Shown: positions 38,816 to 48,457, counted from the first letter of the stretch. The stretch is 64,000 bases of DNA from Terriglobia bacterium (GCA_020073485.1 JAIQFB010000011.1:50046-114045), one strand, 5' to 3'. Notes: generated by a model from the letters alone, not told the origin. Made by a program: numbers and translations.

Positions 38816-39922
38816 ATGCCGCCGGTGAGCTTCCTTGAAATTCCGCCGGCGGAAAAGAAATTAATCCAGCGCCGATTGCTTTCCTGGTTTGGCAAGAGAA
38901 AACGCGATCTGCCCTGGCGGCGCACGAAAGACGCATACCGCATCTGGCTCTCGGAAATCATGCTGCAACAGACGCGCGTGGCAGCGGTGATTCCGTACTA
39001 CGCGCGATTCCTGGAAAAGTTTCCCGCCGTGCAGGCGCTGGCGCGCGCCAAAACGGAATCGGTGCTGGCCCGCTGGGCCGGCCTGGGGTATTACAGCCGC
39101 GCACGAAACCTGCAGCGCGCCGCAAGGGAAATTGTCGCCGGGCATGGGGGCAAATTTCCAAGCGAGTACGAGGAGGCGCTGGCGCTGCCGGGCATCGGAC
39201 GGTACACGGCCGCGGCCGTGCTGAGCATTGCGTACGAAAAGCCGCTCGCCGTGCTTGACGGAAATGTGGCTCGCGTGCTGGCGCGCATCGGCGCGGTGCG
39301 CGGCGATCTTCGCGCCCCGGCACTTTGGCGGAGCCTGGAAGCGGAGGCGCAGGACTTGCTCGCACAAAAAACTCCCGGCGATTGGAATCAGGCGATGATG
39401 GAACTGGGCGCGACGGTGTGCACGCCGAAATCGCCGCATTGCAAGGAATGTCCCGTATCCCGATGGTGCCAGGCGCAAAAACTCGGCATCGCCGCACAAA
39501 TTCCGGACGGACGGCGCAAGCGCGCCACGGTGAAGCTTACGCTTGCCGCCGGCGTGCTCCTCGATCCACAGGGAAACACCTTGTTGCTGCGCCATGAAAA
39601 CGGCGATGGGGCCTTGTTTTCACACCTGTGGCAATTCCCCGCCCTCGAGACCTCGGCGCGCGCGGCATCGGATTTGAAGAAGTACTTGCAGAATCAATTG
39701 GGCATTGCAGCCAGGTGCGCCCTGACGCCTCTCAAAACCGCACGCCACGCCGTCACTTTTCGCGATATCCGCGTCCGCCCGTTCTTGATTCACGTCGAGC
39801 GATTGCCGGATTACGACGGCGCGCGGAGAGTGCTCTTGCATCAACTTGCCGATCTCCCCATCTCGAATTTGACCCGAAAAATTGCCGATGCGGCGATACA
39901 CGCTGTGAAAAAAATTGATTGA
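38816..39922 (+). CDS. mutY: A/G-specific adenine DNA glycosylase
   Basis: ORF 38642..39922 trimmed to the ATG at 38816 (MPPVSFLE). LPWRRTKDAYRIWLSEIMLQQTRV, GLGYYSRARNL, the 4Fe-4S cluster CTPKSPHCKECPVSRWC, and a NUDIX-like C-terminal domain. Confidence 0.9.
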   Translation: MPPVSFLEIPPAEKKLIQRRLLSWFGKRKRDLPWRRTKDAYRIWLSEIMLQQTRVAAVIPYYARFLEKFPAVQALARAKTESVLARWAGLGYYSRARNLQRAAREIVAGHGGKFPSEYEEALALPGIGRYTAAAVLSIAYEKPLAVLDGNVARVLARIGAVRGDLRAPALWRSLEAEAQDLLAQKTPGDWNQAMMELGATVCTPKSPHCKECPVSRWCQAQKLGIAAQIPDGRRKRATVKLTLAAGVLLDPQGNTLLLRHENGDGALFSHLWQFPALETSARAASDLKKYLQNQLGIAARCALTPLKTARHAVTFRDIRVRPFLIHVERLPDYDGARRVLLHQLADLPISNLTRKIADAAIHAVKKID

Positions 39923-39955
39923 TGTGGGACCCGTCGCGATTACCAGCCAAAAGAT

Positions 39956-39994
39956 AGAGGGATTCCTCACCCGCGGGAGCGGGTTCTGAATGAC
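39956..39994. repeat. solo arm related to REP family D
   Basis: AGAGGGATTCC...GAATGAC shares both ends with the right arm of the 58661-58738 element. The middle has diverged. Confidence 0.4.
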
Positions 39995-40129
39995 GACGTT
40001 TCTAATGTTCCATTAAATTTCTCGCCCATTCCGGCAAGCCGCGTCAAACCATTTTCCCCGACTGATTCTTTCCGAGCATTACCTGATAGGCCGCAAGCGG
40101 CGTGCCCCGGGCACAGGGGTGGTAAACTG

Positions 40130-42406
40130 GTGGTTCACGAGATGGCCTCCGCAGGCTCCATTCCGATGCAGTCTCCCCCGGGACATCTCTCCGCCCTGAG
40201 GCGCCATTTCGAAATTTCCCTTTATTTTCTCCTTCTTACCAGCGTGTTGACGCTGGTCTCCACGGGAAAGCTGGACCTTGTAACGATTTTTTGCCTTCCG
40301 GCCGCGATGCTGTTCAAAGGCTATCGCTGGTGGCACGGCAAGGGGCCGGAAATCTCCAACCGCGTGGCGAACTGGATGACGATTGCGTATTTCATTTTCT
40401 TTCCCCTGGACCTGTGGGTGATCTCGCGCGTACTGGCGCGGGGCGCGCAAAATCCCGGCTTGTACGGCGCGCTGCTGGCCACGGTTCACCTGATGCTGTT
40501 CGCCATCGTCGTTCGGCTGTTCAGCGCCTCGACCACTCGCGACTATCTGTTCCTGACGTTGATGGCATTTGCCGCGATGCTGGCCTCGGCCATCTTGACC
40601 GTGGATACGATGTTCCTTGTTTTCTTCATCATTTTTCTGGCCCTGGCCGTGTCCACCTTCGTGGGCCTGGAAATGTGGCGCAGCGCGCAGGGCGCAGTCA
40701 CCCAACCGCTGGAGGAAGGCACGGCCCCGGCGCAGCGCCTGCACAACTCGCTGGGCATTACTTCCGCCGGGATCGCTCTGGGATCGATGGCCATCGGCGC
40801 GGTGATCTTCCTGCTGCTGCCGCGGTTCAACGGCGGCTACATGTCCGGCTTCAACCTGCAGCCAACGCTGGTTTCGGGCTTCAGCAACGACGTGGAACTC
40901 GGCGAAATCGGCCAAATCAAGAAGAGCAGCATGGTGGTCATGCGCATCAAGGTCGATGGAGGCCTGGACGCGGCGCGCGGGGTGCACTGGCGCGGCGTCG
41001 CGCTGACCGAATTCGACGGCAAGCGGTGGTTCAACGAGCCGCGCGAACCGACCACGCTGACGCCGGGAGCGGACGCATGGTTCCATCTCAGCACGCAAAA
41101 ATTGGATCCGCGCGCCGCCGGCCTGCCGATCCATTACACGGTTCTGCTCGAACCGATCTCGACCACCGCGCTTTTCTTCGCCAACGATGCGCAACGCGTG
41201 CGCGGCAGGTTCAGCGCGGACGGCGAGACGACGCCGTTCAGCCAGCGCCGCGCGTTTTTGCTGCAGGATTCGATGGGCGCCATTTTCAACCCCTACAACA
41301 ATTATTCCCGCCTGGAATATGAAGCGCGCTCGGTATTGCCCACGCCTCCTCCGGCCGCCGTGCGCACGGCGGGCAGCGACTATCCGGCGGCGGTGCGCGA
41401 AACCTATCTGCAATTGCCGCCGCTCGATCCGCGCATTCCGGAACTCGCCAAGCAAATCGCCGAGCGCGGCAATACTCCCTATGACAAAGCGCGAGCCATC
41501 GAAAGTTACCTGCGGGCGCACTACGGATACACGCTGGACCTGACCGGAACGCCGCCTGCCGATCCGCTGGCTTATTTCCTGTTCGAGAAACGTGCCGGGC
41601 ACTGCGAATATTTCGCCGCAGCCATGACCGTGATGGTGCGCTCCCTGGGCATTCCCGCGCGCTATGTGAACGGGTTTCTGACCGGAGAGTACAACGACGT
41701 GGGCGGCGATTTTGTGGTGCGCGCCAGCGACGCCCACAGCTGGGTGGAAGTCTACTTCCCCACCTACGGCTGGCTGACGTTTGATCCCACTCCGCCCTCG
41801 GATGAGAAACCCCTGAGTCTGTTCGCGCGGTTCGCGCGCTACTGGGATTGGTTCGACCTGCAGTGGAGCGAATGGGTCATCAATTACGACTTCATGCATC
41901 AATTCACGCTGGCGCAAAACCTGACGCGTGTTTCGCGCGATTGGACCGAACGGGTACGCATTGCGTTCGCGCAGGCGCGGCAACGCGCAACCGATGCCGT
42001 GGAGCACTGGCAAACCAGAATCCTCAACACTCCGGCGGCGGTGCCCGCAACCATCGGGATCATCGCCCTGCTTGCCGCTGGGATTCTTTTTCTCCAGCCC
42101 CGCGTGCGCCAACGCCTGGTGACGCTGTGGCACTTGCGCGTGGCTCCGTCCGGCGAGATGACGCCGCACCTGGCCACGATCCAGTACAACGAAATGCTCC
42201 GCCTGCTGGCCGGCCGGGGCATACGAAAACGTCCGTCGCAGACCCCGCTCGAATTTGCCGTCTCGCTCCCGGACGCGAATTTGGCCGCCCCGGTGCAGGA
42301 ACTCACCACCATGTACCAGGCGTCGCGTTTCGGAGGACAAACGGCGGACGCGCGGCGCGCTTCTTCCATCCTGAACCTGATCCAGTCGTCCCTGCGGACG
42401 TCGTGA
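40130..42406 (+). CDS. transglutaminase-like membrane protein (DUF3488/TgpA-type)
   Basis: 758 aa with an N-terminal polytopic region. Cys-His-Asp core GHCEYFAAAM, DAHSWVEVY, FDPT. The start is either the GTG at 40130 or the ATG at 40142. Confidence 0.88.
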   Translation: MVHEMASAGSIPMQSPPGHLSALRRHFEISLYFLLLTSVLTLVSTGKLDLVTIFCLPAAMLFKGYRWWHGKGPEISNRVANWMTIAYFIFFPLDLWVISRVLARGAQNPGLYGALLATVHLMLFAIVVRLFSASTTRDYLFLTLMAFAAMLASAILTVDTMFLVFFIIFLALAVSTFVGLEMWRSAQGAVTQPLEEGTAPAQRLHNSLGITSAGIALGSMAIGAVIFLLLPRFNGGYMSGFNLQPTLVSGFSNDVELGEIGQIKKSSMVVMRIKVDGGLDAARGVHWRGVALTEFDGKRWFNEPREPTTLTPGADAWFHLSTQKLDPRAAGLPIHYTVLLEPISTTALFFANDAQRVRGRFSADGETTPFSQRRAFLLQDSMGAIFNPYNNYSRLEYEARSVLPTPPPAAVRTAGSDYPAAVRETYLQLPPLDPRIPELAKQIAERGNTPYDKARAIESYLRAHYGYTLDLTGTPPADPLAYFLFEKRAGHCEYFAAAMTVMVRSLGIPARYVNGFLTGEYNDVGGDFVVRASDAHSWVEVYFPTYGWLTFDPTPPSDEKPLSLFARFARYWDWFDLQWSEWVINYDFMHQFTLAQNLTRVSRDWTERVRIAFAQARQRATDAVEHWQTRILNTPAAVPATIGIIALLAAGILFLQPRVRQRLVTLWHLRVAPSGEMTPHLATIQYNEMLRLLAGRGIRKRPSQTPLEFAVSLPDANLAAPVQELTTMYQASRFGGQTADARRASSILNLIQSSLRTS

Positions 42407-42410
42407 TTGT

Positions 42411-42485
42411 GTAGGACAGGCACTCTTGCCTGTCCCGCGCAATTTCGGCAGGGCTCGCGCGGACAGGCAAGCGTGCCTGTCCTAC
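42411..42485. repeat. REP family B, bipartite element
   Basis: GTAGGACAGGCACTCTTGCCTGTCC, then a 25-nt spacer, then GGACAGGCAAGCGTGCCTGTCCTAC. Each unit is itself a hairpin. Confidence 0.9.
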
Positions 42486-42563
42486 AAAAACCGGCCCGCG
42501 CGCGTCAATCTCCCCGACATGCTAGAATGACTGTTCCGTCTCGCCAGTGTGGGACGCCGAATC

Positions 42564-44006
42564 ATGCCGAAAGCCGGAATTATCAGCCTGGGTTGCCCAA
42601 AGAACCTCGTCGATAGCGAGGTGATGATGGGCGTTCTCGCGCGCAACGGCTATGAATTTACGCCGCGCGCCGAGGAAGCCGACGTCCTGGTCGTCAACAC
42701 CTGCAGCTTTATCGCCCCCGCGCAGAAGGAATCGATCGACACGATTCTGGAGATGGCCGAATACAAAAAATTCGGCTCCGCGAAAAAATTGATCGTTGCC
42801 GGATGCCTGGTCGAGCGCTACCGCGATCAAATCCGAGAACAGATTCCCGAGGTCGACGCCGTAATCGGAACGGGCGAACTGGAAAGCATTCTGGCGGCCG
42901 TCGAAGGGAAATTACGCTCGGATGCGGAGAGCGCCGCTGCCCTGCCGTCGTATCTTTATCACGATCTCACGCCGCGGATTCTCTCGACGCCCAAGCACGC
43001 CGCGTACATCAAGATCGCCGAGGGCTGCGATCATCCCTGCACGTTCTGTATCATCCCGCAACTGCGCGGAAACTTTCGCAGCCGCAGGTTTGAGTCCGTT
43101 ATTCGCGAAGCGGAAAATCTCGCCGCGTCCGGCGTCCGCGAAGTGACACTGATCGGGCAGGACACCACCTCCTACGGCGAAGATTTGAATTTGCGGGACG
43201 GCCTGGCGGTGCTGCTGGAAAAACTTGCGGGCGTCGACGGACTGCAGTGGGTGCGGTTTCTCTACTGCTATCCCAATCGCGTGACGCAGCGCCTGCTCGA
43301 TACGATTGCCGCGCATCCGCGTCTGGCGAAATACATGGACATGCCTCTGCAACACGCCAGCCGCAACGTCCTCGCGCGCATGAAGCGCGGATCGAGCGGC
43401 GAGGCATTTTTGCAACTGCTTGGGCGCATCCGCGCAACAATCCCGGGCGTCTCGCTGCGCACTTCGTTCATCGTCGGCTTCCCCGGCGAGACCGAATCCG
43501 ACTTCCGCGAACTCTGCGGCTTCGTGCAAGAGGCCGAATTCGACTGGATGGGCGTTTTTCCGTACTCCGACGTCGACAACGCTTCGAGCCACGCCCTCGA
43601 TCAAAAAGTGGACGAGGATACGATCCAGGAGCGCCAGAATCGCTTGATGGAAATTCAGCAGAAGATTTCCGCGCGTAAGCTGCGGAGATTTCGCGGGCAG
43701 CGCGCCACCGCGCTGATCGAAGGCCCCTCCAAGGACACGCCCATGGTCTGGGAAGCGCGCCTGGAAGGCATGGCCCCGGATATCGACGGCAAAGTCTACC
43801 TGAACGATATCCAAGTGCCGGGAACGGATTTGAACGCGCAGCCCAGCGACGTGGTCACCGTCGAAATCACCGAATCGCACGAGTACGACCTGGTGGCCCG
43901 CGTCGTGGAAATTCTGGACGTGCCACGCCCGGCAGCGGTGCAGGCCGCTGCGACCGCAGCGGTGCAGCGCGTGAACACTGGCGCGGCGCTAAGGATTTTC
44001 CAGTAG
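42564..44006 (+). CDS. rimO: ribosomal protein S12 methylthiotransferase
   Basis: ORF trimmed to the ATG at 42564 (MPKAGIISLGCPKN). Radical-SAM CDHPCTFC and a C-terminal TRAM domain. The stop codon TAG lies inside the next REP B unit. Confidence 0.92.
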   Translation: MPKAGIISLGCPKNLVDSEVMMGVLARNGYEFTPRAEEADVLVVNTCSFIAPAQKESIDTILEMAEYKKFGSAKKLIVAGCLVERYRDQIREQIPEVDAVIGTGELESILAAVEGKLRSDAESAAALPSYLYHDLTPRILSTPKHAAYIKIAEGCDHPCTFCIIPQLRGNFRSRRFESVIREAENLAASGVREVTLIGQDTTSYGEDLNLRDGLAVLLEKLAGVDGLQWVRFLYCYPNRVTQRLLDTIAAHPRLAKYMDMPLQHASRNVLARMKRGSSGEAFLQLLGRIRATIPGVSLRTSFIVGFPGETESDFRELCGFVQEAEFDWMGVFPYSDVDNASSHALDQKVDEDTIQERQNRLMEIQQKISARKLRRFRGQRATALIEGPSKDTPMVWEARLEGMAPDIDGKVYLNDIQVPGTDLNAQPSDVVTVEITESHEYDLVARVVEILDVPRPAAVQAAATAAVQRVNTGAALRIFQ

Positions 44007-44082
44007 GACAGGCACTCTTGCCTGTCCGGTTTTGTTGAACCTGATAAAGTCAAAAGCGGACAGGCAAGAGTGCCTGTCCTAC
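44003..44082. repeat. REP family B, bipartite element
   Basis: GTAGGACAGGCACTCTTGCCTGTCC, then a 30-nt spacer, then GGACAGGCAAGAGTGCCTGTCCTAC. Confidence 0.9.
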
Positions 44083-44090
44083 CAAGAACG

Positions 44091-44306
44091 ATGAAACTGA
44101 AATGCCCCATCTGCAAGCAGCCGGTCGATTCGGAGACGAACGTGGAGTTCCCTTTCTGCAGCGACCGCTGCCGCGAACGCGACCTTGGCAACTGGGCCAT
44201 GGAAAAATACAAAGTAGCCGTGCCCATGATGGACGAATCCGAACCGGAAGAAACCGAAACGGATGAGCGAACCCAGCCCGAACCCCCCGACACCGACGAC
44301 GAATAG
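44091..44306 (+). CDS. yacG: DNA gyrase inhibitor YacG (zinc finger)
   Basis: ORF 44070..44306 trimmed to the ATG at 44091 (MKLKCPICKQPV...FPFCSDRCRERDLGNW). The upstream codons lie inside the REP. Confidence 0.85.
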   Translation: MKLKCPICKQPVDSETNVEFPFCSDRCRERDLGNWAMEKYKVAVPMMDESEPEETETDERTQPEPPDTDDE

Positions 44307-44850
44307 CGCCGCGCGCCCGCCCCGATCCGATCGGGGCAAGCCGCGCGTTTCGCTGGTGATCGCGACGGCGTTTGGCCTCGGATATTTGCCGAAAGCCCCT
44401 GGAACGTGGGGGTCTCTTGCAGGCATCCTGATCTACTCCCTGACTCAATTCTATTTCCCGCTCAATGTAATTCCCGGCGCGCGTCTCCAGCTTATCGACC
44501 GTGTGACGTGGGCTGCCTGGACGGGCCTTCCTGTCACCCTTGCGATTGCGCTGGCGGGCGTCTGGTGCGCGACACGCGCGGCGCAATTTTCAGGAAAGAA
44601 AGACCCGCAATTCGTGGTCATTGACGAAGTCTCAGGGCAACACATCACGTATTTATTTTCGCTAACCCTGCTTGACTGGAAATATTTACTCCTGGGCTTT
44701 ATACTTTTTCGTGTCTTCGATATTTGGAAGCCGTTTCCCGCCCGGCAAGCCGAATCCCTTCCCGGCGGGCTGGGAATCATGGCCGATGATTGGATCGCGG
44801 GAATTTACGCGGCGCTGGGATTGTGGATCGCGCGAGCCATCGGGCTATGA
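44263..44850 (+). CDS. pgpA: phosphatidylglycerophosphatase A
   Basis: 195 aa. GLGYLPKAPGTWGS, VIDEVSGQ, and FRVFDIWKPFP. It overlaps the yacG 3' end by 44 nt. Confidence 0.85.
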   Translation: MSEPSPNPPTPTTNSAARPPRSDRGKPRVSLVIATAFGLGYLPKAPGTWGSLAGILIYSLTQFYFPLNVIPGARLQLIDRVTWAAWTGLPVTLAIALAGVWCATRAAQFSGKKDPQFVVIDEVSGQHITYLFSLTLLDWKYLLLGFILFRVFDIWKPFPARQAESLPGGLGIMADDWIAGIYAALGLWIARAIGL

Positions 44851-44855
44851 ATGAC

Positions 44856-44945
44856 TTGAGATTTGAGATGTAGTGTTTAAGGCTTTTTGATCTGTGGTTT
44901 CAAATTTGAAATTTCGAATTTGAGATTTGCAGTCTGAGATTGAAA
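44856..44945. repeat. REP family C (AT-rich), diverged copy
   Basis: The core TCAAATTTGAAATTTCGAATTTGAGAT (44900-44926) matches the palindrome in the groES-groEL spacer. It is flanked by GAGATTTGAGAT-like pieces. Confidence 0.75.
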
Positions 44946-44946
44946 A

Positions 44947-45972
44947 TTGACCACCAACGGCATACCGCACATTGACCGCATCCAGCCGGACGCAGGCATT
45001 CCCGGCGGGGACATCACAATATTGGGCAGCGGCTTTGTGCCGCGCCCCAACACGCGGCCACGGGTGCGATTCGGCGAAACCGACGCCACCTTGCTGCTCT
45101 CCGCCGAAACTCACCTGATCGCCCGTGTGCCGGACGGCGCGGTGGGCGGCATCGTGCGCGTGGAAACTTCGCGCGCCGAGAGCCAGCCGTTCGCCTTCCA
45201 CCTGGGCGTGCAGATTGCCGACAATCTTCACCCGGTCACCGACCCGGCCGTGGACGTCGAAGGAAACATTTACGTCACCTACAGCGGCCAGCGCGGGCAG
45301 AAAGTTCCGGTCTCGCTCTACAAAATCACGCCGAATTACGCGGTGAAACCGTTCGTCACCGAATTGATGAATCCGACGGGCCTGGCGCTCGATCGCGAAG
45401 GGTATCTGTACGTCTCCTGCCGCAACGACGGCACCATCCATCGCGTCTCGCCCGACGGCCGGTCGCAGCTTTGGATCGAGGGCATGGGCACGGCGACGGG
45501 CATCGCGTTCGATACCATCGGCAATCTGTTCGTGGGCGACCGCAGCGGCACGATTTTCAAGATCAATCCCAACCGCGAAATTTTCGTTTTCGCCACGCTC
45601 GAGCCGTCCGTGGCCGCGTACCATCTGGCGTTCAGCCCCACCGGCGAACTGTTTGTCACGGGGCCGACCACTTCAAGCTTCGATCGCGTCCTGCGCATCA
45701 ACCAGAAGGGCGAGATCAGCACGTTTTATCGCGGCCTCGGGCGCCCGCAGGGCCTGGCCTTTGACCGCAAGGGCAATCTGTACGTCGCCGCGTCCCTCGA
45801 AGGGCGGCGCGGCATCGTGCGCATCACTCCGGACGCGCGCCCTGAGATCGTGATCGGCGGCAGCGGTCTGGTCGGACTGGCGCTTTTGCCCGGGCATCGC
45901 GCGATCCTCGCCACCACCGGCGCGCTGTTCAGCCTCGATTGGGATGTCGAGGGCTTGCCGCTGCCGCGCTGA
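44947..45972 (+). CDS. IPT/TIG domain plus NHL/SMP-30-like six-bladed beta-propeller protein
   Basis: 341 aa with a TTG start. N-terminal IPT-like IDRIQPDAGIPGGDITILGSGF, then repeated blades (PTGLALDREGYLYV, ATGIAFDTIGNLFV, PQGLAFDRKGNLYV). No signal peptide seen. Confidence 0.7.
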   Translation: MTTNGIPHIDRIQPDAGIPGGDITILGSGFVPRPNTRPRVRFGETDATLLLSAETHLIARVPDGAVGGIVRVETSRAESQPFAFHLGVQIADNLHPVTDPAVDVEGNIYVTYSGQRGQKVPVSLYKITPNYAVKPFVTELMNPTGLALDREGYLYVSCRNDGTIHRVSPDGRSQLWIEGMGTATGIAFDTIGNLFVGDRSGTIFKINPNREIFVFATLEPSVAAYHLAFSPTGELFVTGPTTSSFDRVLRINQKGEISTFYRGLGRPQGLAFDRKGNLYVAASLEGRRGIVRITPDARPEIVIGGSGLVGLALLPGHRAILATTGALFSLDWDVEGLPLPR

Positions 45973-45979
45973 CCCATCC

Positions 45980-47245
45980 ATGAAAGCTGAAATCATTGCC
46001 GTCGGATCGGAACTGCTCACCCCGGACCGGGTCGATACCAATTCCCTTTTCCTTACCGCGCAACTGAATCGCCTCGGCATTGAAGTCACACGAAAAACAG
46101 TGGTCGGCGACGATCTCGGCGACCTGCGCAATGCGTTTGACCAAGCCATGCAGCGCGTCGAACTGGTAATCGCCAGCGGCGGACTCGGCCCCACCGAGGA
46201 CGACCGCACGCGCGAGGCCGTGGCCGAACTGCTGGGAAGAAAACTGGCGCGCGATCCCGCGGTGATGAGCAAGATCGAGGCGCGCTTCCGCCAGCTCGGG
46301 CGCACCATGTCCGAAGTGAACGCCCGCCAGGCAATGGTGCCGGATGGCGCGGACGTACTGGAGAACGATCGCGGCACCGCGCCCGGCTTGTGGCTGGAAT
46401 CGCGCGGCCGCATCGTCGTTCTGCTTCCCGGACCGCCGCATGAATTGAAAGCCATGTTCGGCGCGCAGGTGGAGCATCGAATCGCGCGGCTTTCCACCGG
46501 AGTGCGCCTGGTGGCGCGGGAACTGCGCGTCGCGGGAATGGGCGAGTCCGACGTTGACCAGCGCATCGCGCCGATCTACACGCGCCACTCCAATGTGCAA
46601 ACGACGATCCTTACCGCGCCGGGTGAAATTCAAATCCACCTGCGCGCCTGGACCACCGACGTGCCCGCCGCCGAGGCCGTGCTGCAGCAGATTCAGGAGA
46701 GCATCGTGCTGGCGCTGGGCGAAGCCGTCTTTACCACCAACGGCGAATCGATGGAAGAGGTCGTCGCGCGCGAGCTCACCATGCATCAATCCACGATTGC
46801 CACGGCCGAGAGCTGCACGGGAGGCCTGCTGGCCGAGCGGCTCACGCGCATCTCGGGAAGCTCCGCTTACTTTCTCGGTGGCGTCGTCTCCTACAGCAAC
46901 ACGCTGAAATCCGCGTGGGTTGACGTGCCCGCGGAAATCATCGACACGCGCGGCGCCGTGAGCGCGGAAGTCGCCGTGGCGCTGGCCGATGGAATTCGCC
47001 GCCGCACCGGCGCGACGCTCGGCGTCGGCATCACCGGCGTCGCCGGCCCCACCGGAGGCACGCCCGAAAAACCCGTTGGCACCGTGCACGTGGCGATTGC
47101 CGACGCCACCGGCAACAAGGAACGCATGGTGCGCTATCCTGGAGAACGCGACCGCATCCGCTGGCAAGCCTCGCAGACGGCGCTCGATCTGGTGCGGCGG
47201 TATTTCCTGTACGCCGCGCAACCCAAAAACGGCATGAAGGGCTGA
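45980..47245 (+). CDS. cinA: CinA-family protein (MoCF-binding domain plus NMN deamidase domain)
   Basis: ORF trimmed to the ATG at 45980 (MKAEIIAVGSELL). GGLGPTEDD and AESCTGGLLA. Confidence 0.9.
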   Translation: MKAEIIAVGSELLTPDRVDTNSLFLTAQLNRLGIEVTRKTVVGDDLGDLRNAFDQAMQRVELVIASGGLGPTEDDRTREAVAELLGRKLARDPAVMSKIEARFRQLGRTMSEVNARQAMVPDGADVLENDRGTAPGLWLESRGRIVVLLPGPPHELKAMFGAQVEHRIARLSTGVRLVARELRVAGMGESDVDQRIAPIYTRHSNVQTTILTAPGEIQIHLRAWTTDVPAAEAVLQQIQESIVLALGEAVFTTNGESMEEVVARELTMHQSTIATAESCTGGLLAERLTRISGSSAYFLGGVVSYSNTLKSAWVDVPAEIIDTRGAVSAEVAVALADGIRRRTGATLGVGITGVAGPTGGTPEKPVGTVHVAIADATGNKERMVRYPGERDRIRWQASQTALDLVRRYFLYAAQPKNGMKG

Positions 47246-47249
47246 GCGC

Positions 47250-47816
47250 GTGCGGCTTTTCGTCGCAATGGATATTCCGGCGGAGGTGCGCGCAGCCATC
47301 GCCGGGGTCGCCGCAAAATTGCGAAGCGTCTGCGCCAGTGCGCGCTGGGCGCACCTGGAGGGCGCGCACCTCACACTGAAATTCATCGGCGAAGTGCCCG
47401 CCGAAAAAGTGGAAGAAATCAAAACAGCGCTCGCGGGCGTGCCGTTTCCGGCGCCTTTCAAAATACTCTTTCGCGGCATCGGATTTTTCCCCAACGAGCG
47501 CCGCCCCCAAGTGCTCTGGGCAGGCATCGAAGCAGGCCCAGAACTCCGGGCCCTCGCGGAAACAGTAGAGAAATCGCTGGAGCCGCTGGGCATCGCCCGC
47601 GACCCCCGCGAATTCTCGCCGCACGTCACGCTGGCGAGGTTCAAAACCGCCGACAAACTCGCGGGTTTGCGCGCGGCTATCGCCGCCGCCGGCCCGCTCG
47701 AGTTCGGCCAATGCCCTGCAAACGAATTTCATCTGTATCAAAGCGTTTTGAAACCCGCCGCAGCGGAATATACTCGCTTGGCCACATTTGTTTCCGAAGG
47801 GAGCAGGTCACGTTGA
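47250..47816 (+). CDS. thpR: RNA 2',3'-cyclic phosphodiesterase (2H family)
   Basis: 188 aa with a GTG start. Two HxT motifs (HLTLKF, HVTLAR). Confidence 0.88.
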   Translation: MRLFVAMDIPAEVRAAIAGVAAKLRSVCASARWAHLEGAHLTLKFIGEVPAEKVEEIKTALAGVPFPAPFKILFRGIGFFPNERRPQVLWAGIEAGPELRALAETVEKSLEPLGIARDPREFSPHVTLARFKTADKLAGLRAAIAAAGPLEFGQCPANEFHLYQSVLKPAAAEYTRLATFVSEGSRSR

Positions 47817-47824
47817 ACCAGGAA

Positions 47825-48457
47825 ATGCCGATGAGCGCTCCGGTCTTATGGGGATTGGTCGTGGCAGGCTACCTGCTGGGCTCGATTCCCTTTGGCTACC
47901 TTCTGGTGCGCCTAAAGGGCGGCGGAGATATTCGCGCCCTGGGCAGCGGGAACATTGGCGCCACGAACGTCGCGCGCACGGCGGGCTGGAGCGTCGGGGT
48001 GGCCACCTTGATTCTGGACACCGCGAAGGGATTTTTCGCCGTCTGGCTTGCGGGGCATTTTTCCGGGAGCAACATCCGCATCATGATGTTTGCCGGCCTC
48101 GCGGCCATCGTCGGGCACGTGTTCCCCGTCTGGCTTGGTTTTGCCGGGGGCAAGGGAGTGGCCACGGCACTGGGAGTTTTCCTGGCGGCCTGCTGGCCGG
48201 CGGCAGTAGCGGCGCTCGTGCTGTTTCTGCTGGTCGTGCTGTTCTGGAGATATGTTTCGCTGGGTTCTGTTTCAGCGGCAGCGGCGGTGCCGGTGCTGTT
48301 CTATTTGCTCTATGCGCCGGGCCACGCGCCTCCGGCGGCGGGTTCGGCGAGCGCGCTGCTTGCCGCGGCCATCGTGATCATCAAGCACCGCGCCAACATC
48401 GAGCGGCTCATGGCCGGGACCGAACCGCCTTTTGAAATGGGCCGGAAAAAATCGTGA
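47825..48457 (+). CDS. plsY: glycerol-3-phosphate acyltransferase (acyl-phosphate dependent)
   Basis: ORF trimmed to the ATG at 47825 (MPMSAPVLW). GSIPFGY and GSGNIGATN. Confidence 0.92.
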   Translation: MPMSAPVLWGLVVAGYLLGSIPFGYLLVRLKGGGDIRALGSGNIGATNVARTAGWSVGVATLILDTAKGFFAVWLAGHFSGSNIRIMMFAGLAAIVGHVFPVWLGFAGGKGVATALGVFLAACWPAAVAALVLFLLVVLFWRYVSLGSVSAAAAVPVLFYLLYAPGHAPPAAGSASALLAAAIVIIKHRANIERLMAGTEPPFEMGRKKS

